Assembly: GCA_030141605.1 (NCBI GenBank)
Contig: JAQGDQ010000094.1
Span: 310,001-374,000, forward strand
Length of the DNA stretch: 64,000 nucleotides
Direction: 5' to 3'
Source: Tubiluchus corallicola
Taxonomy: Eukaryota > Animalia > Priapulida
The notes below the pieces were generated by a model, which saw nothing but the letters and a program-made list of their open reading frames with translations, was not told the origin of the DNA and ran no database searches. Of the stretch, positions 32,201 to 45,300 are shown one piece after another (positions within the stretch are counted from its first letter, which is position 1; every line of letters starts with the position of its first letter). Both the position numbers and the translations under genes were made by a program.

Positions 32201-32937
32201 GATGGTGGCACATTTTATATGCTGCTACAGGAAAAACCAACCCTCAAGCGTAGTCAAGCAACATTCATTGAATTTTAATATGTGTTGTCTGCTTAAGATT
32301 TGTAAAAGAAGTAAGATGATGCTTAATGGTGCAGTTACGTGACTAGAATCAAAAATTTATTGACAAGTAACAAACAACATTATAATGACAATAGACATAG
32401 GAACCCTATATAATACAATAACAATTACAAATTAATGTCACACAGTCATAGTGGCACTTTACTTTCATGATTTGTAATTGGCTACTAGAAAGATTTCGAG
32501 ACAAGAGTACAGTAAAATCAGCTTTTGTATGTTTACTTAACTAGTCCATTTTGCAAAGATATTTTTGTCATAGATATGCAATTTTGAAGTGCATTTCCAC
32601 ACTTGGCTGATTTTTGGCAGTCTTAAAGTAATTGACGCAATTTGTGTGTAAGTTTTGCAAGGAAGAGCTGAATTGCAGGTTTGTGAAATTTCCTTTTTAA
32701 ATTCTTATCTACAGTGAATGTCAACTTAACAGAAGGATGCACAATTGAAAGCCAGGATCCTGAGACAGAGAATTAGGGAAGTTAAGAATGATGAATGAAA
32801 AATGATGTGAACTGGATGGTGTGCCCGTTTCAAATTAATCAGGATTTGTTGTAAAACATGTGACAGGAGATTGGCTTGGTTAAGATTTTCTTGTTATTAA
32901 TTACCATCTTGTCGATTTTGCAGATGTTATCACACTA

Positions 32938-35900
32938 ATGGCTTCCCAGTCTTCATTTCGTCAAGTGGATGAAAAGCATATTCCTGCGGAAGTGGAACTG
33001 CTTTCATGGAATCCTCGGATGGATCTTATCTGTATGGCTAACATACATGGAGAGGTTCGTATTAATTAAGTAATGTTCTGTTAAGTGGGGGGGTCATTTA
33101 AAATTTCAATGAAGCAGATATTGCAAACAATTTTTAATAATGTAACCCATTTCTTACGAGCCCAATATACTTAGTTAAGATATTAGATAAAAAAATTAGC
33201 ATTTTAATTATAGAAGTCACTAGAAGATTTTGGTAATTTGTAGAAACTGTACAGCTAGTTTCTGAAGTATTGTAAATCGGTGTTTTCAAATGCTATATAC
33301 ATTATAAAATAATTATTCACAAAGTTATTATTCTGCACTAACTAGCTTAGTTAAAATGATTTGGGAAGCAGTATTATCATGATTTGCTGTACTAAGTGTA
33401 AGTGTGTTATGTAGCACCCAAAAGTGATTTTTTGTGTAGGTATTAGTGAAGCTTAGTATCTTAGATTATCTTCATGGCATAATGATAACGATGCTGGGCA
33501 AGATAAAGGAAACCAATCAAATAGTTTGCAGATGAGCAATTCACATAAATTACAGGTGTACCTGCATCGTTTGTCGTGGCAGAAAGTGTGGACTTTACGA
33601 CCAAACAAAGAAGGTGAATTAGTAAACGCATTTTCATGGTGTCCTGATGGCACACAGCTTGCAGTTGGATATAGTAGTGGTAAGAGTGAAAGTTGTTTAT
33701 TGAAATATTCGTAAAACTGTTTTGACTTCTCTCTTATTTAACAATTTTTCACTCAGAGTTTATCAATGTTGAAGATAAGAAGCTCCATAAAAATACAAGT
33801 CATACATCATGTTGTTATGACACATTTCAATCAGAATTTCCAGTTGAAATACAATGTACAGTGTTTCATGCCCATTTTCTTTTTCTGATGGAGTATTCCT
33901 TTTCTTCAACATTGATAATGCTCTGTGATCATGAAACGTTTGTTAAATGAAGAGGTTTTTCAGCTATTATACCAGTTTTTATCGATGGCTATAATTTGGC
34001 TTTCAAAAAGTTTGAAAAATTAGGATAGATCAACTGTTAATGTTTTTTTTATATTTTAGAATCCTATTGTAAAATTTGTATGTTATATTTTCGTAGTCGC
34101 ACAATATGTGAAATATTTGTTGACATGGCAGTTCTATTTTAATTTTATGTGCTGATAGCTAAACCAGCAATTTTCCAAGAGTTTGTTTTCAGTGTATATG
34201 TAAAAATATCCTGCAAGCTTTTACTTATATGCAAAAAATAAATGCAAATGCAAAAATTAATGGAATTTCTAAAGGCATATCTCCAAAGGAATTCTTAGAT
34301 GGGTTATAATATAATTATATTTGACTTTATAGGTACAGTATTGTTAGTTGATGTGGAAAATGCCGACCACATACACTCCTATGAAACCAACTCCAGTATA
34401 TCATGCATAAGCTGGACTGCAACTGAATCTACATCAGAAGCTGCTTCTTGCCCATACTTCACTGATGTGACCGCAAAGTACCTGCCTAAACTTCCACCAC
34501 TTGCCAAAAGCTATGCCGGCGCGGTAAGTTGCAAGCATGCAGAAGAACAGCAAGTTGATAAAAAGATTAAGGACAACAGTGTACTGAATGTACTGACTGT
34601 TGGTTGTGTCAATGGTATGGTTCACTTATTAGCATTCGGGATATATCCGATTGGAAAAGTGATGGTTTGTGATTCGGCAAAGATAAGGGCAGCAGTGTTG
34701 ACAAGTGATCTTAGTATGATTTCCATAATCATAGATTCCATAGCCAATGAAAAGCATGCTCTTCATTTGTGTACGTTGCGGACTGATCTACTAAAGCAAC
34801 ATAAGCAAGAGTTGCAAGTTGTCTCATCGAAGTATTGCCAGATATCAATTCTGATGTCATACCTCGACTCGACAATCATTGCCATGAAGGAAGCTTGGGA
34901 GGACATACTGTTGGAGATGGATCTAAAACTGGCTTCATTTGCTCAGAAGAAAGCACAGCTGGGAACTGGAACAGTCAGTGATGATTTTTTACAGTTGCTG
35001 ATGTTCGGTACCTGCAGTGATGAATTACAACAGTTTTTGTTAAATGAACTCACTGAGAAAGGTAAAATAATAATTTAGCATTAACTCTAACCTGTTTTAT
35101 TGTTTTCTTCTGACTGTCCTTCTGCTTGTAAGGTAGATGCTTTAGCTTATGAGGTCACTGTATTCTCCTGGGGACCAGCGCATTCAGAAATGCACCCTTT
35201 ACGATTGGCCAACCAAAATCAGCATTTTCGATGTTAGATCACTTACTCACATCTAACAAATTAAATTAATTTTTCTAATCATTCTACCGATCTAACATTG
35301 GAAATGCTGAATTTGGTTGGCCAGCTACAAGGGATGAACTTTTGATTGCTTTGATCACTGAGGAATGTGATTGCTTAGTGTTCTAAAGTTTTGCCTTGTA
35401 AACAGAAATTCCCAGGTTCAAATCCAGGCTGCATCATAACTTTGTTACACCTCCTGTCATTCGACTTTGGTATCAAAATTTTTAATTCATTGGTTTGTAA
35501 CATCATTAATAATAATCTTGACGTTAAAATTATAAAAATTAATTCCTGAAAGTTCATTTTTTTATTAAATTTATCAGGTTTGAAGAAGCTCGGCCGTTCA
35601 TTGGAAACCTCGTACTCAAATGTACAGAAGCTTGTGCTTAAACACCTTCAGGCTGTGACGCAAGCACTCATGTACCACATACACGATGTTGTTGGCATGG
35701 CTAACTGGCATGAAAAGTTTGGAGCGCTTGGATTGTCTCCGGGTGCAGTGGATGCTGCACGATGCAGCATAGGATCATTCATGCTGAAAGCTACTGAACT
35801 ACAACAAGTATGTGATTTATCCCTTTTGTCTTTTCTAACAAAATTATGCAGAATAGAGAAGAAATCATGATTGTCTTGCACTGATATTCGACTGTTCTGA

Positions 35901-37987
35901 GGTAAGCTGAACGGTTTAGTGATTACGGTATATACTTTGAGACTGAAGTTAAGCAATGCCAAGGCTGGTCATTGAATAGTTGGTGATCACCTTGTTCAGT
36001 ACTTGCTCTAGGTTGTTTCATTTGCTGTACTGATTCTGACTGTTCACTTCGTTAAAAGAAGATGTATTTACATATGGGTTCGTGAAAATTTGGTCAGCAT
36101 AAACGTACATACTTTGGAGTGGTACTACTAAATAATGATTGTGCCACCACTACCACAATGCAGACCACGTGGTTCCATTATAAACTTAATGTTGTAACAG
36201 TTTGTACTCCACACGTCAACATACACATACACAAACATCAGTATTAATACTCAGGTTCAGTGCTTTCCAAAAGTGACAACCTTAAATTAAATTCTTTCTA
36301 ATTGAACTTGAGAATAATCAATACAAAGCTTATATGAATGTACAAGCATTTCATGTGAATAACCTCAATATTTTCTGCTGTGTTGTTTATTTATTTTCCA
36401 GGTCATAGACAACAGTATGAAAAATTTCAAAGCATTCTTCCGCTGGTTATACGTTATTATTCTGCGTTTATCTGGTGAAGCCATCATGCCTGAAATGAAT
36501 AAAGTCACTCAGCAAGATCTTATTTATGTTGCCGAATTCTTGAAAGACAGTTTTACAGAAGAGGCTGCAATGCAAAAAGATCCAGAAGGGGCTGCCTCTT
36601 CTAGTGGGGTTCACCTTGAACGTGTGGGGCAGTATCTAAAAAACAGTCCCCTATATTACCCACCTGATATTTCTACAAATCCATGGGAACAGAAGCTGGC
36701 CAAGTGTCCTCTTCTTCGAGAGAATCCTCTTCAATTTAAGCATGAGGAGAATAAATCTTTGATTCAGCAAGATGCTGATCTCAGAGAAGCCATAACAGCA
36801 GCTTTCGCTAGCCCTGTGGAAGCCATTGGTGGTACCATTGTTAATGTGGCTTCATTCACACTTCTGGAATCTGATCAACATATTCGTAGTGAGATGCGTT
36901 TTCTGAATATTGGTCCATCTAGTCTAATGTTATCACTCAGTGTAACAGAACATAATAATCCATTACAGCAAGTGCACATTTTTAAACAGTGTTCAAGTAC
37001 GATGGTTGACTTGAATTGTGCATCATTAGAATTCGGACCAATCGGCATCCAGAAAAAGGCAGATGGACTTTACCAGGTTGTAGATATGCAGTTCTATGAC
37101 TCGGACACGTTGTCATTACTACTACATAGTGATGCCTGTGCTCCAATATTGGCACAGTTTCCACTTTCAACACTAAAGACATTTGTTTCTTTTCCAAAAG
37201 GATCTGATGTATCACGATTTTTGCAACAAATGGCACCAGTGAATGGATCTAACATTTTGAATCACATGAATAGCAGGTCAGTAGAATCTTTAAATTACAC
37301 TCTTTTTAACTTTCTTTCGTTTAAAGCAGATGTAGGCTTTTTAAGAGGTGAGGGAAAAACCAACTGGCTATGGTATTTACTTGACGATCTAGAGTTAAAA
37401 ATAGCACTGAGACTGCCGATCAGTGAATGACCAATCTTGACTCTGGCTGTTTATGTCATAAAAGCCTAGACGGTGTCCAAGATACTTCATTGTTCCATCT
37501 TAGATATTTATCCTCGAGAATGACCCAAGTTCCCATCTTCCCCGTCCACATTTAGTTGGCCCTACCAGTTAGTGGTGGGTTCCAGCTTCCAATGTACCGA
37601 ACTGTGTAAAAAATCCAATTAACAGAAATTGTATCATTGTAAAATCATGATAATAGCCATGAATTATGGTAAATAGTGGTAAATATAGTTGAACGTGAAG
37701 CCTCTTTTTCAAGTGGCAACACCTTGTGGTTCTGAATGTGTAAGCACAGTTCTTATAATAAATTTTCAATTAAATTATTCTATTATAGATGCTTGGAAAA
37801 TATGAAAGCAGCTGCCGTTGCTGTTAGTGGAACTCGTAAGGTAGCCTGTGTCCTCTTTTCTTCCAAAAAACGTGTACGACTTTTCGAAATGGATGTTGAA
37901 GAAGATGATGATGATGATGATGACAATGATGAAGATATCACTGACAAATCACTGTTAGACATTGTTGAAGATGACAAGGAAAACTAG
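32938..37987 (+). CDS. ANAPC4: Anaphase-promoting complex subunit 4
   Basis: Exons 32938-33054, 33556-33679, 34333-35061, 35578-35807, 36402-37276, 37789-37987, all phase-compatible. Motifs SFRQVDEK..WNPRMDLI, LHRLSWQKVW, WCPDG, MKEAWEDILLEMDLKL, LLMFG, LKKLGRS, ELQQVIDNSMKNFKAFFRWLY, AVSGTRKVACVL..RVRLFEMD. Confidence 0.96.
35162..35367. mobile_element. MITE-like palindromic element in ANAPC4 intron 3
   Basis: 35206-35240 (TGGCCAACCAAAATCAGCATTTTCGATGTTAGATC) is the reverse complement of 35289-35323 with 3 mismatches; looser pairing extends outward by about 40 bp. Confidence 0.8.
35368..35436 (+). mobile_element. tRNA(Thr-TGT)-derived SINE head or tRNA pseudogene fragment
   Basis: A-box-like TTGCTTAGTG, CTTGTAA loop, B-box GGTTCAAATCC; related to 155-226; the stems do not close into a good cloverleaf. 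Confidence 0.55.
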
Positions 37988-39324
37988 GTAAACGTATAAT
38001 ATGATAGAGATAATCACATTCAGAATTATGTTGTACGCAAGTATTATTAATGTAATTAACTATTATTATTATGTTCAAAATACACTTTTAATTTTGTAAA
38101 TAAATGTTCTGTTATTTTTTATTACATTTCAGGTGATCTACTGTTTAAGTGATCCAGTCTGCTTAACATTAATATTTGTGGCAAGACTGGAACCAGGCTC
38201 ATTATCAAGGCTAACTCTTTAAGATGAGTCTTTTCACTGGCAAAGGTATTTTAGCCACATTCATCTTCCTCGGGATCAGTATGGCGCGCAGCTGCCCAAA
38301 GAACTCAACCAATCATGAATCATTTATTGACCAAACTGTTATGACGTGATCATTCTGCTACTCACTTTGCTTAAACTAATGATATGAATAATGACATCAT
38401 GTTTTGAGTATGTTCACCATGTATATTGCATGTGTATAAGCAAACAACAATTTCTGCAGTGCTAACTTTTATTAAAAAGCTTGCAAAGTATATATATATA
38501 CAACATTTAAACCATTAATATGGCCCCAAAAATTTATATGCACATAGATGCAAACAAGAAATGTTCACGCTGTTATTAAACTAATTCATGACAGCAAATT
38601 AAAACCGGGTGCCCGTAGGTCCTTAGCTAGGTAAATATAGCTCAGTGGTACCTAAATATAGGTACCATATGCTCTGTGTTTATAAGCCGATCAATCTACA
38701 ATGCAATTCCCTGTCAACACTAACAGGATTTCTTTAATATAAATAAACAGCAATATTTAATATCAGCATTAAAATTTCTAAACACCTTTTTTTACACGTA
38801 CAAATCACATAATCCTAATACCAAGCAATAGCAGCTTAGCAGCTATTTACTTTTAAGGATAGGGGAACATAATAGTCATGAGTTTGAGAGTGACTTAACA
38901 ACACTTAAATGAAAACACAAAAAAGTTTAGACAGAACATTATTGTGCCTCATTTGGCAGCAATAAAATACAGCATACTGGGACTCGGCAATATATTTTTT
39001 ACTACAGCATAATCTGGCAGTGCAAAAGAATAGCACCCAAGACAACGTAGATTAATTATTACCGAATCTAACAACAGTGTATCAGCAAACACTTGCCTAC
39101 ACAATTATTACATCAGAAATCTCCTAACAGGTGAGCTCTGTGCCAAACCAATGTGTTAATATAACAAAATGCTACAAAAACTTACACACTTATAATAATG
39201 CACAGTACATCATGAATGTGTAATATATAATAACACATTAATTGGCAGTATGACCAAGAATATAATAATGTCTATAATAGAGCACATAATTATGTTAATC
39301 GTGAAAGCATACATTAAGTCTGAA

Positions 39325-39803
39325 NNNNNNNNNNNNNNNNNNNNNNNNNNNNNNNNNNNNNNNNNNNNNNNNNNNNNNNNNNNNNNNNNNNNNNNNNNNN
39401 NNNNNNNNNNNNNNNNNNNNNNNNNNNNNNNNNNNNNNNNNNNNNNNNNNNNNNNNNNNNNNNNNNNNNNNNNNNNNNNNNNNNNNNNNNNNNNNNNNNN
39501 NNNNNNNNNNNNNNNNNNNNNNNNNNNNNNNNNNNNNNNNNNNNNNNNNNNNNNNNNNNNNNNNNNNNNNNNNNNNNNNNNNNNNNNNNNNNNNNNNNNN
39601 NNNNNNNNNNNNNNNNNNNNNNNNNNNNNNNNNNNNNNNNNNNNNNNNNNNNNNNNNNNNNNNNNNNNNNNNNNNNNNNNNNNNNNNNNNNNNNNNNNNN
39701 NNNNNNNNNNNNNNNNNNNNNNNNNNNNNNNNNNNNNNNNNNNNNNNNNNNNNNNNNNNNNNNNNNNNNNNNNNNNNNNNNNNNNNNNNNNNNNNNNNNN
39801 NNN
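39325..39803. other. Assembly gap (479 N)
   Basis: Run of N. Confidence 1.
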
Positions 39804-42354
39804 TGGCAAATAATATATTTAATAAAACACAAAGAAATTATGGAAAAATTAACACGTTTATTATATCATAGATGGTAGTTGATTGGCATTGATTCGTATT
39901 TAGAGGTAGGATAATGTTGCTACTTGTAAGCAACTTGAGCTATTTGATTGTGGCAGTGATGACAGTGACGGATCAGTTGATAAATACATGCAACATGACA
40001 ATAAGTCGGTTAATTCATCTTGTTATAATAAATTTCTTTATTGTACAAACAATTCTTGGCGTCACTTAATAAGAAAAATGACACAAATGCAGAAAAACGT
40101 ATGGTAGTGCAACTCCATTGTAAACCATCTAGCAAATTTGACTTTGATATACCTACATGGAACAAATCTATACAGAATCAAAAATCGCTCTCAAAAGTAC
40201 TAGAGATTAAGATGCTACAGATGGTAATCCATTTCTGATTATATTTTAATATTAACATATAATGATAGCAAAAATTGTGATTCCCGCTCAACATTTTGGT
40301 GTTTAATTTATAAATGAAATGGTGTAAGGTTAGCAGGAAATCTGTATCAATTTGATTATGATTGCAGAAATTGCTTAAATGAAGTTATCTGTTTAGAATT
40401 TATAGCAATTTTCCAAATTGCTTATCTGACACTTGCTGCCTTTATTTTCCATAACTCTGTAAATTACGCTCACAACAGTTTAAGACACCTCAAAATGATC
40501 ATGGCGTGATGTATTTTGAAGTAAAGTAGGAGTAACTATGCATGAGGCACAAAGAGCTTATGGATAAACAGAAAATTTAATCAATGAAAACAATCACATT
40601 TGTTTAAAGGCAGTGAAAATGCTTACTACATCAATAACATTACTCAGTCATAGTACACTGTAAGTACTAGTAAAAGTAGATTATAATATTAAGATGATCA
40701 GAGGTAGGTGAATTAAAATGCATATTTCTGAGAAATGTACATTACAAAACTATTAACTTCGACATTAACAACAAAACAATGAATTTACGCCCATTCAAAC
40801 TCATACGAGCATCGAAACTTAGCTTCTCAGACTCATTAAATTTGTGCTAATATTGAAAGCTAATGTTAATACAGTATAACATCATTATAGCAAACCAGCT
40901 AGGGACCCAGAAAAAGTACTCTATAACCAAGGTTCTCTATAAATGCAATGGCTACTAATCATGTGTAAAAACTATTAGATAGACACTAGCATGTATTAAC
41001 AATAAAAGTGTGTAAATAATGTATAACATGTGGCTTCACAGAGGATGTAAGTGCTTTTAGAAGATGCTGCCAAGTATCAACTGTATCGCAATATAGTCAG
41101 TACTGAACTTATGTGACTTGTTCAGTAATGCCAATGAGATTCAAAAAAATCAGCCAATTTTGTTTGTACAAAATTTCTGTTTCTTGTATAAAAAGTTTTT
41201 GCAGTAGGATTCATCACTTGAGGAAACATCTTCAGTGCACATACGTAAAACAGCCTGAGTGCTAAGCTACTGAGTGACTCATTGTTTTTATAGTAGTAGA
41301 CAAGATGATTTTTTGACACGACATGTTAACAACACTGCCTGCTGCTTGCCCAAAAACATTTTTCAGCGCCAAGAATGACTGGCTAAATTTGAAAAGTACA
41401 CAATCAAAACTTGTAGATACATAGTAATGCAAACAATTATGCCCACAAAAAGTCCGCAATGCCCATTAACCAAGTATGCTGTACTCAAAGCTATTATACT
41501 AGTTAAATAAGTACTGAAAGTTTGCTCTTTTTGTGAGTTAGCATTACCAGGGTGTAAGCAATAAACCACGTTTGCCATAATTGTAAAAGCAACAAATGCC
41601 TCATTTAGGAAACATTTTTAATGCAGTTCAACATTCAGCAGCACAGTTTGTTTAGATGGCTGTAACAAAACCAGCTAATTAACTAAGGTAAGCTTCGAGA
41701 TGAGATAATGAATCAAAAGAGGTGAGTCGGCTCACTTTGCTTTTGGATTTGTGTGCACCTTCACTCAGCGAGATAATTAGCTGCAGACTGTAAAATTTGG
41801 TGTACAAATGAAAAACACAAATACAGCGTTACATTTTTATAAAATCAGAAACACGATTAATGGCAGTTAGTATTATTGTATTGCACAATGGGAAGCAGTA
41901 CTTGATCATCAGTGCTAAGATAATTGGGCAATTTAAAAGCATAATTACATACAAAGCAAACTAACTGCATGAACAATACTAACTTTATCTTGAGATCGCA
42001 GTTTAATCATTTAAATCCTCCCCACATCTATCTGGTGTCGGTTTTGATCAGTCACTAATCACGAGGTAGATGGTACTTACCAATGTTTCCAAACCACCAT
42101 GATACAACAACGTTGCCTGAATAGTTGATTATTCAATCTCAGTGCGCTGTAGTAAAAATCATGATAATGGATGCATGGCAGCAACCATTCTAAAAACTTT
42201 TTGTGAAACAATTTGTTGACCAACACCCTTCTGTGAGACAAACCAGTGACCAGCAGTCTTCTGTGAGACAATTTAGTGGCCAACACCATTCTGTGAGGCA
42301 AACTAGTAACACTGCTTTCTTATTAAAAGGATGAGGAATGGTCACATGTAAAGG

Positions 42355-45300
42355 CTATCTATTGGTCACAGTGCAAAAACTTTTTACCTTTGCTGCTAAG
42401 TCCTGAAAGACAACAAAAATAAATTGAATTTAGTAACAATAAAGTTAATCCAAAACCAGTAAATTAGTGACCAAAACGAGTAAATTACATATAATGGTTC
42501 TTAAATCTTTTTAAAAAAAAGACGTTCGTAGTTTTACTTTTGATTTACAAGAATCTACATTAAAAATACATTATTTCACTTGAAATAAATAAAAAGTGAA
42601 AGATGAACGCATTCACTGATTTTCCAAGAAATTATCATCAACATTCTCTGTTCAAAATGAGAGGCAATTAAGTGTGAGAAACACAGAACAAGACAAAAAA
42701 TGCACAAAAATAATACCTTGGTAAGTTCAGTTTTATTGTAATTCATCCTATGTTCATATATACATTGTCTTAGAATAACATGTAGCCGTTCTAGTGTGTC
42801 TGCATTCATACCATCTGTGACATTGACTGTGAAGTCTAGCAACTCCTGGCAAATAAAAAAGTTGTTAAAAAAATAACTAAATATTGTAACAAATTCTATT
42901 AAGAACCTAATCAAACTGGCACTCCAAACTAAAAAATAGACAAAGTTTCCAATTTTAGAAAGCCAGAAAAATTGGCAGAGATCATATATCGTGATTAGAT
43001 TGTATATTTTGTGTTTAAGCAAGTTTTTTCTTTTTTTCCTTACATGTAAAGAAAAATCATTCATTTAATAATTATCAGAATGGGATAATTAAATATTTAC
43101 AATTGTTAACTGTGTTCCAAGTCACAAGCTTGAAGATTTCCGTGAAAAGATTACAGAATACCATTTTTTCATTAGGTTATGCAAAGAAATTAGTTTAGCA
43201 GTAGTCCTGTTAGCATATTACTAACATAAACCGAAGAATATTATCCGAAAACAAATCAAAACAATGTTAACAATGAATCCCTATTCTTTTCATATTGCTG
43301 GTTTACTAGTAACAGTTTGTCAATTTCAAATATTACCGTTAATAGATCTAACGTTTTGTTGTAACTTGTCAGTTTTTATATTTTGCTGTGCAATGTACAG
43401 CCCATTAGAATATTGCATTATAGACATTGGGCTTTATAAGTTAACAAACATAAACTTTTAAAACATAAATGCAAAATATTGTTCATCTTTAAATTTTTAA
43501 TCTTTAATCTTCTCCTTTAATGAACATACCTCTAACCTATTCCGGTCAACAACCAAAGGTGGAACAGGTTGGTTAAGAATCTCCAAAGCTTTTAGAGTCT
43601 CTGGATTGGCCACCATTGCTCTTGTCATACGAAATACCATAGAGAGTTCTGAAAAAAATAACAAATTGAAAATACACAAGAACTTAGTAACGTATCACCT
43701 GGCATTTGTCAGCAATTTTTTTCTTTTACAAAATTAACTTGCACAAACACAAACCTTAGCTGCTTCCCTGATAGAAAATTGCACATTAACTTGAAAAAAT
43801 GCATTTTGGTAAAAGATTGACAAGTAGTTACTTAAAGTTTAGACATAACTCACCATTTGCTTGTGATGACGTACATGGCTCGAAAATTGATTCTTTCGGA
43901 TCTTTGTTAGCCATGCTTTTATTTACATCATCACAGTCTATTGGTACATTGTCTGTATTGTGTGCATTATATTCAGACCTCTGAGTATGAGATTCAGTAG
44001 TTTCTGCTGCTATTTTATCACACTCAGCTTCTTTCGGCAACAACTCTCTTTTAGTCATTTGACTGTGATTATCAGAAGTTCTAACGTTTAGTTGTTTGTC
44101 ATCTTCACCTTTCTCCTCAGATCGTACAGAGTCTCCTTGACTACTTTCAGTTAAAGTTGTATCACCTTGTGACTCCCGTGGATTGTTGGTAAGATGTTGT
44201 ATACGCTCCATGTGTCGGTCTATGTAGTACCTCGGAGAAAGCGAACGTCGCTTAGATAAACGTCGCTTAGGTCGACACCAAATGTTGATCTTCTTCAACA
44301 TATTAGCCCTGCGTTTATTGGCCTCCTTGATTTCCTCTGGCCTTAGTGGAGGTGATCGTGGCAAGAGTCGTCTCGGCTTTGGCGGTATCATATTCTCGCT
44401 GTTAATTGGTTCTAAAGTTGGCGGAGTGTCGTCCATGCTCTCATTGCCTTGCGAGGGATGCAGAGGTTGTCGCACTGGTGAAGGTCTTACAGGAGCCACT
44501 CTGTAGTAATTGGGAGCATTTTTGGTGGGTGTCTCGCCTACAAAAACATTAGCAAAAGTTTACATTTGAAAAGTATTTTTTCATACATTAAAAATAGCAG
44601 AAAAACTGAAAAATCTCAAATAAGTGCTATAGCATGTCTCTGTTGCTATGTATATAATAAATTTGTACTTAAAACACCCGTCACATTGGATGACGATGTA
44701 GAAGGCCTGCCTGCGACCCTGTGAAATAAAGGATTTATCAATGATTTTGGCCCCGAAAAAAACTGATTCTTTCATGCTGTCACAATGGATCTTTTCCAGC
44801 TGTATATACAATAATGTATATACTGCAGGTACTACAATCCCCAGGAATGTGGTTGCATTGTATTAAAAGCAGAATTATAGCTGGTTACAAGTATGAAGAT
44901 ACCACATGTATAAAGATTTAGTTCAATGGAGTAAGTCTGATAATACAACTACACGTCCAAATCACTCTCGTGCTGTGTTTTTATATCATGATTTATTCCG
45001 TCATCTAGTGGCTATGATCTTGAACATGCTAAAAATTTTTCTCAGACCATGAAGACTTTCAAGACTATAATGCCTCCTCGGCTATTTTAACTGTGCTGTT
45101 ACTAAGATCCAGAAGTCTCCGCTGCGATCTGACTGAGACCTGGCCAATTTTTATGTTGGTGCGGTGGGGATCTAAAACTTTATTTCACAGGGAATGTCAT
45201 GCCCCAGGCCAGATGAATACTATATAAATATTGTGATATAAAAGAAAAACTAAAGAAACTATTCTGCACCGTGTTAAATTTGTTTGTTGTCTTTACTTTA

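Noticed and set aside
39210-39832. Three ORFs of 170-200 aa
   Set aside because: They consist of X residues from the N gap.
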